A DNA stretch of 63,814 bases, filler included, from Octopus bimaculoides (GCF_001194135.2; 10 parts of 10 records of this genome joined end to end with filler, not necessarily neighbours in it); one strand, 5' to 3'. Positions 24,371-36,700 are shown, numbered from the whole stretch's first letter. A program made the numbers and translations. The notes: generated by a model not told the origin, from the letters alone.

Positions 24371-24742
24371 AATGAGTCAAACATTATAGCTGATTATGAA
24401 GCATCACAATTTGCAATTGACTTTCAGACATCATAAGTAAATGTCAAACATTGTAGATTACTGAGAAACATTGTAATTAACGGTCAAACATTATAACTGA
24501 TCGTCAAACATTACAATTGACTGTCAAGCAGTGTCACTGACTGTCAAGCAGTGTCACTGACTGTCAAACACTATTACTGGCTGCCAGACATTGCCTTAAA
24601 CTGTTAAACATTGCCAGCTTGTTGTTATTGTTGTAGCTGTTGGTCAGTTTTAATGCAGCATTCCAGCCATGACCACCCTTCAATATTTCCAGGCAGTTAA
24701 CTTTACTTTCTGAAGAAGAGAAAAGACTGTACAGTAGCCTGT

Positions 24743-24781
<39 letters not shown>

Positions 24782-25115
24782 ATGCATGTACATACATACA
24801 ACTGCTGGACATGGTGATGTTGGTGGTGATGTTGATGAGGATGAAACTTGGTTTCTGTGATCAAAATTCTAAAGTCTGTTGGGAGTTTTGATAAGAGAAA
24901 TTTAATGGCCACAATGTAATCAGCATGGGAGTTCGTTAATAGAGTTTTGGCTGCTATAATGAGAAGGTCAAGCAAGTATACAGACACTCAGCTTTAGTTA
25001 CTGTCATTTGGGAGTTTGTTTGGTGGATGGGGGGAGTGGGGGGGGATTTTGCTACCATCAAGAATATATCAGGTGACTATACAGGAACTCATGCCTTGTG
25101 ATTGATATTTTAAAG

Positions 25116-25225
25116 AATCACAAGAGAGTTTTGGTCAGTCACAAGATTTGGCTGTTAGAGTGGGTCAAGCGCTGCAGAAATACAAAAATATAACATGCTT
25201 GGACAGTTACACTACATCCTATATG
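25116..25225 (+). CDS. Candidate internal exon of an unidentified gene
   Basis: Acceptor gatattttaaAG and donor ATG|GTAAGC. The 110 nt are open in phase 1-0: ESQESFGQSQDLAVRVGQALQKYKNITCLDSYTTSYM. Confidence 0.6.
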
Positions 25226-25411
25226 GTAAGCAGCTTCTTTTAGTCTCAGGGGTGAATTGCAACTTTATATGAACATCTTGGGGCACAGGGAACTGAACCA
25301 AACACTACAAGGCATTTATTTAGTTTTACTCTCTAAAGAATTTTCTGTTGACCATTGTAAATGAGATTTATATATTTAGCTATCACAACTTGAGTACGTC
25401 TACTTGCTTAA

Positions 25412-26073
25412 CCCTTTTGTTACCATATTTCTGTTGAAATACACACACTGCCTTTGTTTCAGTTAATTTCGAAAATAATGAAGAATTTGGTATAATAATT
25501 TCGTCGTTATTAACCCTTTTGTTACCATTTTTCTGTTGAAATATATACACTGCTTTTGTTTCAATTAATTTCGAAAATAGTGAAGAATTTAGTATAATGA
25601 CTTTGTTGTTATTAACCCTTTTGTTACCATATTTCTCTTGGAATACATACACTGCCTTTGTTTCAATTAATTTCGAAAATGGTGAAGAATTTAGTATAAT
25701 AACTTTGTCGTTATTATATTAGTGTTTAAAGGCGGTGAGCTGGCAGAATTGTTAGCACGTTGGACGATATACTTAGCGGTATTTCACCCATCTGAGTTCA
25801 AATTCCGCCAAGGTCAACTTTACCTTTCATCCTTTCGGGGTTGATAAAATAAGTACCAGTTGTGTACTGGGGTTGATGTAATCTATTATCCGCCCCCGCC
25901 CCCCTTCCGAAATTTCCAGACTTGTGTCTATAGTAGAAAGGATTATTATATTAGTGTTTAGCACATAAATTAGAATGAAATTTTGATGGAAGATTTTTAA
26001 CTTGGATCACATTGAACAAGAAGTTTATACCGTAGAACCGGGTGTTGTCTCAGGTGGGTTAATATCAAAAGGG
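25412..26073. mobile_element. piggyBac-like MITE with a triplicated left end and a nested S1 SINE
   Basis: TTAA|CCCTTTTG at 25408, 25510 and 25612 (102-bp period); right end CAAAAGGG|TGAA at 26066-26077. Confidence 0.7.
25729..25942 (+). mobile_element. S1 SINE with an 18-bp TSD
   Basis: TTATTATATTAGTGTTTA at 25711-25728 and 25943-25960. Confidence 0.92.
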
Positions 26074-27044
26074 TGAATAGAAATTCCCACTTTTCTTCTT
26101 TAGAATCCGTATTCTTTAGGTTAATGACCAGTTGGGAGTTCCAAGATGGAGATTTAGCTGCTTAAACCTCTATAGAATACCATTTGTTGGTTAGCAAAGA
26201 AGTTCCCTTCCTCTTGGGAATATGAACAATATTGTTGTTGTTGGTAGTGGTGATAGTACTGCTACTGTTGTTGTTGTTGTTGTTGTTGTTGTTACTGTTG
26301 GTGTTGTAGTTGTTCTTGCTGTTGGTATTGTTGTTGTCACTGTTTTGTTGTTGTTGTAGTGTAATATTAATTGGATTTGACATTCTCCTCCATACCTGTT
26401 GGGTTTATTTTTTTCCAAATTTCTTTTTCTTTTTCTTTTTTTTTTCCTTAATTTCTTTATTGTTTATTTGTTCATTTCGTTTTTCTTTTTTTTCCTCTCT
26501 GTTTTAACAACATATTTCTAGTTTTGTCACAGAACACAACTGTCACGATTCTTCATGATATTTGGTTATGGGTTTTCTTTTTCTCGTGTCAGTCAGCATC
26601 TTCTAGACTACTACTGCTACTTTTACTACTACTGCTACTGCTACTACTGCTGCTGCTTTTTTTACACCGTCTTCTTCCACTTTCTTCTTCCTGCTTATGT
26701 GCCTAGTACCATTCTTTTGTTGTTTAGTATTTTAGTATTTGTCTTTTGAAAAAAACAAATTTATATCTAAGTGGCTTCATATACATATGCACACACACAC
26801 ACGTCTGTGTGTGTATGCATACATATGTGTGTGTGTGGATGGGTGTGTGTCTGTATATGTATACACATACACACACATATATACATACATACATATGTAT
26901 ATATGTATATAGATAATGTATGTATATGTATATATATCTATGTATGTGTATACATGTATGTATATATATATATATATGAATATATATGTATTTATATATA
27001 TTTATGTATATATATATGTATATGTATATGTATACATATATATG

Positions 27045-27080
<36 letters not shown>

Positions 27081-27428
27081 CACAGACACATTTATACACA
27101 TGAGCTCCGGTATATTGTGAAGTGTAGGGTTATACAGACGTACATGTACATATAGTTACATATAAGTATGTGCACTTATATGTGTTTGTGTGTGTGTGTG
27201 TCTATGCATAATATGTACCACATCATATGTGTGTGGACAGGAATCTTATAAGAGACTTCCTTGATCATTGAGTACTCTCCATATCTCCTCCTCACACTGC
27301 TCCCCATCCACACTCACACACAAATACTCCACTACCACCACCACCATCTCTTCATTCTAAATCTGTCAAACAACCATTCTTCCAACATGTCAGATAAAAC
27401 CTTGCATTAGCATCACTTTGTGTTTTAG

Positions 27429-27512
27429 TGAGGTTTCTGTGTCAACACTTTTCTCTGGATTTGTGACATTTCCTGGTGCTGGTTTGCAGGAGATGCTATC
27501 AATACTAGATAT
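27429..27512 (+). CDS. Candidate exon of an unidentified gene
   Basis: Acceptor cactttgtgttttAG. Only phase 2 is open: EVSVSTLFSGFVTFPGAGLQEMLSILD. It ends at donor AT|GTATGG or runs on to a stop at 27529-27531. Confidence 0.45.
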
Positions 27513-27572
27513 GTATGGATCTCTCTACTAAATCATGTATCTATCTATATTTCTCTCCTCCCCTCTCTCTGG

Positions 27573-27608
<36 letters not shown>

Positions 27609-28384
27609 GCATCTGTCTATCCTTCTTCCCACCATAATTCATACGTGGGTATGTACATACATACAAAAAAATGCATATATGTGGAGATATATTGTATGTG
27701 TGCATGTGTGTGTGTGGAGAGAGAGAAAGAAAGAGAGGGAGGGATATTAGCAATATTTATTTACAATATTTACAATATTTATGTATATATATTAACTGCA
27801 AAATTGTTAAAACAAAACGTAAACTCAAGAAAATTATTGAGTATTCTTTCCTTTTGTTTTTACACACACACACACACACACATGCAAAGCAAGTGTCATT
27901 ATGTCGATATCATTCCTCTCTCTCTATATGTAGCTCAAGCTCTTTTTTCTCTGTCTCTCATCCTGTACCTCTTTCTCTTTATTCTACTATGTCAGAGAGA
28001 TATGAATGGAATGAAAGATTAAGGAGAGACCAAATGTCAAAAAAGTAACAAAGAGTTTAATGTCACAAAAATGTACTACCACAATCAGCACCATAGCTTT
28101 TCTCTCTCTATTCTTCATTGTTAGAGAGAGAGCGAGAGAGAGAGAGAGAGACAGACAGACAGAGACAGAGAAAGATAGATTGACACAATAACATTTTAAC
28201 TCTCTGTCTTTCTACATTTTCTTGGCAGAAAATAAGGTCTGGTTTGAGGGGAGACTGGTAGTTATTTCTGAAAACAGTGTTGTACAAAACTTCCCCATGT
28301 GATGACAAATAACAATATACGTGGCTGATAGAAGATAAACAGTCATGCAGACAACTTACATATATTTTTCTATTTTGCAACTTA

Positions 28385-28565
28385 ATGACCCCACTAGCGC
28401 TGGTGGTATGATAAATGAACCCAGTACACACTGTAAAATGATTGGTACAAGGAAGGGCATCCAACTATAGAAACCATGCCAAAGCTGACACTGGAGCTCA
28501 TTGCAGGCCTGCAGCTCGCCTGATCCTCTCAAACCATTCAATCCATGCCAGCATGGAAAACAGAA
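28385..28565 (-). mobile_element. S3 element
   Basis: Reverse complement of the S3 head (...CCATGCCAGCATGGAAAA) and body (GGAAGGGCATCCA). Confidence 0.75.
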
Positions 28566-28646
28566 CTAAGTAATGATGATGATGACAATGATCATGATTA
28601 TCATTTTACAACTATGTATGTATGTATGTATGTATGTATGTATACA

Positions 28647-28681
<35 letters not shown>

Positions 28682-29073
28682 GTATCGTTTATATATATAT
28701 NNNNNNNNNNNNNNNNNNNNNNNNNNNNNNNNNNNNNNNNNNNNNNNNNNNNNNNNNNNNNNNNNNNNNNNNNNNNNNNNNNNNNNNNNNNNNNNNNNNN
28801 NNNNNNNNNNNNNNNNNNNNNNNNNNNNNNNNNNNNNNNNNNNNNNNNNNNNNNNNNNNNNNNNNNNNNNNNNNNNNNNNNNNNNNNNNNNNNNNNNNNN
28901 NNNNNNNNNNNNNNNNNNNNNNNNNNNNNNNNNNNNNNNNNNNNNNNNNNNNNNNNNNNNNNNNNNNNNNNNNNNNNNNNNNNNNNNNNNNNNNNNNNNN
29001 NNNNNNNNNNNNNNNNNNNNNNNNNNNNNNNNNNNNNNNNNNNNNNTATATATATATATATATATATACATCG

Positions 29074-29112
<39 letters not shown>

Positions 29113-29221
29113 AATTTTTTTATATATCAGTTATTGGTAGATGAAACTATAATATCTTCGTGGAATAATTTATTCCATGTAAAATAGTATCAGCTGGTTG
29201 CAAGTCCTCGTTGGGCAGTTT

Positions 29222-29450
29222 TTATTCCAGAGATTTTCTTCTCTTCAATGGATTGTCTTCGCTATGACTGATGAGCATTATATACCCTTGACTATTATTA
29301 GATAGCTGTTGACACCACCGAGTTCCTTTGCCCTTTGACAGGTCTTGCTTTTCATCCTGTAGGACATCCAAAAATCTTCTTTTCTCACCAAGCATACTAG
29401 CTGGGGTTGTTGTTTTAGTTGTTGACAATCCGATCATGCAACACGTTGTA
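29222..29450 (-). CDS. Candidate terminal exon of an unidentified gene
   Basis: Acceptor cttgtaatccAG; reads TTCCMIGLSTTKTTTPASMLGEKRRFLDVLQDEKQDL...NPLKRRKSLE*; AATAAA lies at the stop and about 50 nt downstream. Confidence 0.4.
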
Positions 29451-29938
29451 CTGGATTACAAGTTACAAGTCATGCAAGAGCAACCTGACATATATAAAAT
29501 ATGTATGTTTATACAAACATGCACTCAATATCTGTATCAGCATGTGAAGAACCAAGTCCGGTACATTCACACCGAAATATATTGCTGTATTTATATCCAA
29601 CCCAGTTATCTGTCTTTATATAAACGTCTGTTTTACAAACGATAGCTTACAAAATCAATGAAATTAGTACCAGACAAAAAAAAATGACTGACATACACAC
29701 ACATATGCATTATACTTATACACATATACATACATATATACATATGCATACATTTATATATATATATATATATAAATCCAAGGGGTTGTAGATCCAACCC
29801 ACTAAGGGATAATATCTATTCAATATACTGCTGGAAGAATACCCATTTATTATTACACTAGTGTTTTTTCATTGCATGGCAATTACATTACCAAGTGCAA
29901 TAAATGGGTGCAGGTAAAAAGATATTTTCCCATTAATT

Positions 29939-30064
29939 TATATAGCAATAAGAAAATGGAGGGGAATAGGTGGTATTCATCAACTTGCAGACATTGTATT
30001 GTGTCACAATGTCTGCAAGTTGATGAATACCACCTATTCCCCTCCATTTTCTTATTGCTATATA
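29939..30064. repeat. Perfect 59-bp inverted repeat with an 8-nt loop (fold-back of a DNA-transposon end)
   Basis: 29939-29997 is the exact reverse complement of 30006-30064; a diverged single arm lies at 50544-50595, also abutting (TA)n. Confidence 0.92.
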
Positions 30065-30435
30065 TANNNNNNNNNNNNNNNNNNNNNNNNNNNNNNNNNN
30101 NNNNNNNNNNNNNNNNNNNNNNNNNNNNNNNNNNNNNNNNNNNNNNNNNNNNNNNNNNNNNNNNNNNNNNNNNNNNNNNNNNNNNNNNNNNNNNNNNNNN
30201 NNNNNNNNNNNNNNNNNNNNNNNNNNNNNNNNNNNNNNNNNNNNNNNNNNNNNNNNNNNNNNNNNNNNNNNNNNNNNNNNNNNNNNNNNNNNNNNNNNNN
30301 NNNNNNNNNNNNNNNNNNNNNNNNNNNNNNNNNNNNNNNNNNNNNNNNNNNNNNNNNNNNNNNNNNNNNNNNNNNNNNNNNNNNNNNNNATATATATATA
30401 TATATATATACACATATAGATATATAAATAAATAA

Positions 30436-30800
30436 ATGGAGTTAAACTGCTAAGATACGGGGATGTAGACAAACCAACGTCTGTTGTCAAGTGATGGTAG
30501 GGCGACAAACACAGACACACAGACATATACATACATACACACAGACATATATAGATATGATGGGCTTCTTTCAATTTCCGTCTACCACATCCACTCACAA
30601 GGCTTTGGTCAGCCTGAGACTATAGTAGAAAACATTTGCCTAAGGTACCATGTTGTGGGACTGAACCTGGAACCATGTGGGTGTGAAGCAAGCTTCTTAC
30701 CACACGGCCACCCCTGCACCTGTATATGTAACTGAATGAAATATATTGTTCATGATTATGCTCCAGCATGGTCACAAACCAAGGAGTTAAACCTGTAACA
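30436..30800 (-). mobile_element. Diverged S2 SINE
   Basis: GGGCTTCTTTCAATTTCCGTCTACC...CTTACCACACGGCCAC matches the S2 reverse complement. Confidence 0.82.
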
Positions 30801-31319
30801 GATTAAAAGAAAGAACACACATACACAAAACCATACACACATATAAACACATGCATGCACGTTACACAGAATGTACACATACATTAAACAGCTTGTGTTT
30901 GTAGATTATGAAAAAGCTTTCATGACATGTCTGTGGAAACATGTATGTATGAGCATATATATATATATATATATGCAAATGTGTGTGTAATTATATTATC
31001 ATATGTATGTGTGTATAATACACAAACACACACACACACACGTGTTTGTGAATATGTGTGTTGTACCAGGAAAATGTTCAGCAATATGTTGTCTCTGTTG
31101 CTGCCTCGAAGACTTCCCAGACATCTCACAGTAATCTCTTCAGGCACTATAAACCATAATCCACTTTGTTTGATTATATAATCCTCATCTTTGTATTGCA
31201 ATATCAAAATAAATCCTATTCTGGATTATCTCTGACAAATCCATTCCTATCCATTTCTGACTCCAACAAAGTCACTCATTCTTCTCTTGAGATATACTAT
31301 TATACATACATCATTCCAG

Positions 31320-31812
31320 ACATGCATAATATATATAACATAATATATAATATAACATGATACAATATATCATAATATAATATGATATAATATAGTATAA
31401 TACAATATAATTTAATATAATATAATATGATATAATTTAATATAATATAATATAATATGATATAATATAGTATAATATGATATAACATAGCATAATACAA
31501 TATAATATAATATGATATGATGATGATATTATTTAATATAATATAATATATATCAGATTGGAGCCTGGTGTAGCCATCTGGTTTCACCAGTCCTCAGTCA
31601 AATCGTCCAACCCATGCTAGCATGGAAAGCGGACGTTAAACGATGATGATGATGATGATGATGATATAATTTAATATAATATAATATAATACAATATAAT
31701 TTAATATAGTATAATATAATAAAATATAATATATGATATAATATAGTATAATATGATATAATATAGCATAATACAATATAATTTAATATAATATAATATG
31801 ATATAATATAGT
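31320..31812. repeat. (ATATA/TAATA)n degenerate satellite in two similar blocks split by an S3 fragment (31553-31642, -)
   Basis: Seen directly; ATGATATAATATAGTATAATATGATATAA recurs in both blocks. Confidence 0.88.
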
Positions 31813-32249
31813 ATATGTCCATTTTGCAAGGCCCTCAAATGGGTTGGAGAATCCAGTGGTCTATGCTGCTCAAAGGGAAAGGTTCACTTGTCTGACCTGC
31901 AAGCACTCCTCAGCCTTTGTTCTCTTTACTCCTTGGTCAACACCCTGATTCACAGCAATTTATACAGAAAATTCGCACTTATAACTCTGCCTTCCAGATG
32001 ACAGGTTTTGGTCACAAACCCATTCATGAAGACTCTCATATGCCAACATTCAAAATTCAGGGCCAAACCTATCATCGGATAGGCTCTATTCTTCCTGTCA
32101 ACAACGCTGAACATTAATTCCTTCAAATTTACTTCATGGGAGATACTACTGAGCAAATGGCTTACCAAGCTCAGGTGACACCTGGAACAAAGTGAAATAA
32201 AATACCACCAAAGCACCTTAAACCGTCCAAAAGACAGGTGCATTTCCTA

Positions 32250-32250
<1 letters not shown>
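31813..32250 (+). mobile_element. Internally deleted Helitron (RepHel N-terminal fragment plus 3' terminus)
   Basis: Translates as CPFCKALKWVGESSGLCCSKGKVHL...FIQKIRTYNSAFQMTGFG...PTFKIQGQTYHRIGSILP...FLQIYFMGD; 3' hairpin at 32222-32239, then CTAG|T at 32247-32250. Confidence 0.9.
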
Positions 32251-32288
<38 letters not shown>

Positions 32289-32292
<4 letters not shown>

Positions 32293-32860
32293 CATGCAGG
32301 AAGTAAATAGACACCTTTATTTTTCAAAATCTTTTATTTGATATTAATTGGTTGAAGGAGAGGTTTTCTTCTAGCTGCTTGTCCATAATACCCAAGCTTA
32401 TGCAGATATGTAACACACGTTCTTGGACTAACTTATAGCTGTTTTGCAATGTCAGAAGCTTTTGAACAGGGTTCGTTTTCCACAATTCTCTTCAAGCAAC
32501 GAAGCTTCCTTTCCAAGGGCCCAAGTGGGCCGGGACGAGAATCTGTTGATTCTTTTCCTTGGATCCTGAATTGCACTATAATTCTATTAACAGTAGCAAG
32601 AGGAATTTGAAGATTTTCGGCAATTTTTCGCTGGCTATGACAAACCTCAGATTGCCCAACAATACGACCTCTTTGAAAATCTGACAGTTCTGCTGAATTT
32701 CTTATGCGTGGCATGGTTACTCTTCACAAATGTTTAATATAATGGCACCTGGAATGAAAAAGAATAATTACATTGTAAATTCTACACTGCTGAAAACATA
32801 TTAGGACGCTTAAATCAGAAATTTTGAAAATTAAAGGTGTCTATTTACTTCCTACATGTC

Positions 32861-32862
<2 letters not shown>
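32289..32862 (-). mobile_element. Internally deleted Tc1-family DNA transposon
   Basis: About 42-bp TIRs (CAGACATGCAGGAAGTAAATAGACACCTTTATTTTTCAAAAT and its reverse complement at 32821-32862); ORF 32433-32714 is the Tc1 HTH region ([13 protein letters not shown]...). Confidence 0.92.
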
Positions 32863-32897
<35 letters not shown>

Positions 32898-33407
32898 NNN
32901 NNNNNNNNNNNNNNNNNNNNNNNNNNNNNNNNNNNNNNNNNNNNNNNNNNNNNNNNCTATATTCCTAACACGACTCTCTCTTTCTCTATCTCTAAATCTA
33001 TCTCCCCCTCTCATTCTTCCCTCTACTGTTCTTCACCTCTCCCTGTCACTACTATCTCTCTCTCTCTCTATCTCTCGCTGCTCGTCCTTCGCCTCTCAAT
33101 GTTAGTACTACTATCTCTCTACCTCTCGTTGCTCATTTTCGTTCTTGGACTCTTCAAGCTCGCACGTACTTCTTTGCCCCTCCTGTACGTGCCTCACAGT
33201 GTTCAAGACATACACACTTCACGTCTGGCTGTACAGCCTTTTTGTTTGTTTATTTCACCATTTCGTTTTCCTGTCTTGTTTTCCGTCCGCCACTACCCTC
33301 CACNNNNNNNNNNNNNNNNNNNNNNNNNNNNNNNNNNNNNNNNNNNNTTAATTAATTAANNNNNNNNNNNNNNNNNNNNNNNNNNNNNNNNNNNNNNNNN
33401 NNNATAT

Positions 33408-33441
<34 letters not shown>

Positions 33442-33487
33442 ATACAGGAATGTGGTCTGGGTGTCAAGGGGATAGCAGCCTGAAAAA

Positions 33488-33502
33488 GTTTGGGAACCAC
33501 TG
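33488..33502. mobile_element. hAT/Charlie-type terminal inverted repeat (single end)
   Basis: GTTTGGGAACCACTG is the reverse complement of CAGTGGTTCCCAAAC; the partner end was not seen (a gap lies upstream). Confidence 0.55.
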
Positions 33503-33669
33503 ATATAGACTGTCATGCTTGACTGTGTCTGCTACTAGTATGCTGTCTTTTATCTTTTACCGAGCCGCTAAATTATGGGAACGTAAACACATTAACACCG
33601 GTTGTCAATCGGTGGAGTAGGGACAAACACATACACAAAAACACACACACACACACATATATTCATGTA

Positions 33670-34050
33670 TTCTTTTACTTATTTCAGTCATTTAACTGCG
33701 GCCATGCTGGTGCACCGCCATTAGTCTAACAAATCGACCCCAGGACTTATTCTTTGTAAGCCTAGTACTTATTCTATCGATCACTTTCGCCGAACCGCTA
33801 GATTTCGGGGACGTAAACACACCAGCATCGGTTGTCAAGCGATGGTGGTGGGAGGACAAACACAGACACACAAGCATATACACACACATATACATATATA
33901 TATACATATATACGACGGGCTTCTTTCAGTTTCCGTCTACCAAATCCAGTCACAAGGCTTTGGTCGCCCCGAGGCCATAGTAGAGGACACTTGCCCAAGT
34001 TGCTACGCAGTGGAACTAAACCCGGAACCATGTGGTTAAGCCACTCCTGC
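33670..34050 (-). mobile_element. S2 SINE (with an extra partial copy at about 33560-33620)
   Basis: Full reverse-complement match to 2363-2735. Confidence 0.9.
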
Positions 34051-34602
34051 GCACATATTTAAACTTTTCGTGAAAGATTCAAAATCTAGACTAATGAGGG
34101 CACGTAATTAGAAATGAAACAATTGCGATTTCTAGTCGCCTCGACTTTCCTCGTATTTAGCGTACCCGAATCACATGATCTGATTTAGTTATAAATATCA
34201 TGCTGTAAGTGGTAAGTCTCATGTAAAAGGGGTGACCGAATGTACACGAATATATATATCACCTGCTATGTCGCTAGCCCAGATTTTAGCCGTCGTGTAC
34301 ATACATACATACATACATACATACATACATACATACATACATACATACATACATACATACATACGTGTGTGCCTGTATGTGTGTGTGTGTGTGTGTGNNN
34401 NNNNNNNNNNNNNNNNNNNNNNNNNNNNNNNNNNNNNNNNNNNNNNNNNNNNNNNNNNNNNNNNNNNNNNNNNNNNNNNNNNNNNNNNNNNNNNNNNNNN
34501 NNNNNNNNNNNNNNNNNNNNNNNNNNNNNNNNNNNNNNNNNNNNNNNNNNNNNNNNNNNNNNNNNNNNNNNNNNNNNNNNNNNNNNNNNNNNNNNNNNNN
34601 NN

Positions 34603-34892
34603 CACCTAAAAGCTCCACGAGGCTCCGGCAGGGGATGGTGGCGAACCCTGCTGTACTCTTTCACTACAACTTTCTCTCACTCTTTCTTCCTGTTTCTGTT
34701 GTGCCTGTAATTCAAAGGGCCAGCCTTGTCACACTCTGTGTCACGCTGAATATCCCCGAGAACTACGTTAAGGGTACACGTGTCTGTGGAGTGCTCAGCC
34801 ACTTGCACGTTAATTTCACGAGTAGGCTGTTCCGTTGATCAGATCAACTGGAACCTTTGACGTCGTATCCGACGGAGTGCCAACAACAACAA
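34603..34892 (+). mobile_element. S4 SINE, 3' part with (AAC)n tail
   Basis: Matches 21520-21711 and ends GGAGTGCCAACAACAACAAC. Confidence 0.88.
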
Positions 34893-35022
34893 CCAACTTT
34901 TTGCCTATGCTTGTCCCTCGTCACCGCTTGACTGCCCGTGATAGCGTATTTATGTCTCCCTAACTTAGCGGCTCGGCACAAACGGCCGATAAATTAAATA
35001 CCATCTTTTATAAGAAAAAGAA

Positions 35023-35107
35023 ATATATACTGGAGATCCATATATACTGGAGATCCATATATACTGGAGATCCATATATACTGGAGATCCATATATACTG
35101 GAGATCC
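35023..35107. repeat. 17-bp perfect tandem repeat x5 (ATATATACTGGAGATCC) inside an S2-type 3' half
   Basis: Five units counted directly. Confidence 0.95.
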
Positions 35108-35416
35108 ATTCGACTAAAATTCTTCAAAAGCGGTGCCCCAGGATGGCCGCAGTCTAATAAATGAAACGCATAATACAAAGGATAAAATAATCCAACTATT
35201 CTGTAATAAAATCATAGTTCTGCTCAATCTGGTTGGGCCAAGAAGTAACACCACCAACTAAAACCTCACCACCACCGCTGTTCACAATTGTCATACCATT
35301 GTCAACCAGGGAACCACATGCTGAAGATAGCAACCATATCTACCTCAAATCACATATATACCATCAGAAATAAAGAAAAGACAAATTATATGAAGTAATC
35401 ACACACACACACATTA

Positions 35417-35484
<68 letters not shown>

Positions 35485-35838
35485 NNNNNNNNNNNNNNNN
35501 NNNNNNNNNNNNNNNNNNNNNNNNNNNNNNNNNNNNNNNNNNNNNNNNNNNNNNNNNNNNNNNNNNNNNNNNNNNNNNNNNNNNNNNNNNNNNNNNNNNN
35601 NNNNNNNNNNNNNNNNNNNNNNNNNNNNNNNNNNNNNNNNNNNNNNNNNNNNNNNNNNNNNNNNNNNNNNNNNNNNNNNNNNNNNNNNNNNNNNNNNNNN
35701 NNNNNNNNNNNNNNNNNNNNNNNNNNNNNNNNNNNNNNNNNNNNNNNNNNNNNNNNNNNNNNNNNNNNNNNNNNNNNNNNNNNNNNNNNNNNNNNNNNNN
35801 NNNNNNNNNNNNNNNNNNNNNNNNNNNNNNNNNNNNNN

Positions 35839-35906
<68 letters not shown>

Positions 35907-35929
35907 GCCGCCGCGAGCAGCAGTACATC

Positions 35930-36330
35930 ATCTGTACGATGTGAACATTAGTTTCAAGGTTCATCCAAGGCTTGGATCAAGGGCCATACGTCCCCTGCCC
36001 AATTCAGGATCACAACATATAGGTACACTGCGGCATAATTTCTTTTCCTCAACAGGCCCTGCCCTGTTTAACATTGTACCGAAGCAGATAAAAATAAAAG
36101 AGGAAAAGGATCCTATCAGCTTTAAACGGAGTCTAGACAGATTTCTTCAAGGAATACCAGGCAAGCCACCCGTACCTGGCTACAACTCACTCAATAAGAA
36201 CTCCCGACTTGAATGGACCATAAACAAAACTTGACTGTAAAAAGGATTTAGATAATCCTATCAGGTGGTGCTATTAAGTTAGACATGGCCTGGACCAATC
36301 TTTGGTTGAAACATATCTAAGTTTATCTTA
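35930..36330 (+). mobile_element. CR1/L2-like LINE 3' end
   Basis: Translates as HPRLG...NFFSSTGPALFNIVPKQIK...SFKRSLDRFLQGIPGKPPVPGYNSLNKNSRLEW*, followed by a short 3' UTR. Confidence 0.8.
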
Positions 36331-36700
36331 GTTTATATATATAACTGTCCCCCTCATTCTGCCACTACCGACTACAACCGAAACAGCAGCAAATAAGGCC
36401 ATCTCATCTCGAAGCACCACAGTTACAACTACATAAACGATAGCAACCACAGTCACTATCACCACGGGGAATTTATGAACTCGTCAAACCAGTTAAAAAT
36501 AGCAGCAAAATCTACCTCAACTGACCCTTAGAGGAAGGAAAGACACAGGAAAAGGAAAGTAATATCGTTTGCTTTTCACTGTCTGAATTACAGACAGGAT
36601 GGTCAGGTATAGAATGTCTTTTATCATAAAATGCTCAGTCAGAACTGGTTTAAGTATAAAGTTCAACCAGCTGTTACCATCGCAATTATGGTCACCAGAA

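Larger units (their letters stand above)
23975..24620. repeat. 20-bp degenerate minisatellite, consensus about CTGTCAAACATTGTAATTGA, interrupted by a SINE
   Basis: Recurrent (G)TCAAACATT at about 20-nt period on both sides of 24119-24370; two adjacent identical units CTGTCAAGCAGTGTCACTGA. Confidence 0.8.

Noticed and set aside
23975-24620. CRISPR-like appearance of the 20-bp array
   Set aside because: There is no constant repeat with unique spacers and no cas genes, and the context is eukaryotic.
24703-24987. Protein-like 94-aa minus-strand ORF
   Set aside because: There is an in-frame TGA immediately upstream, no ATG or good acceptor, and it ends in microsatellite.
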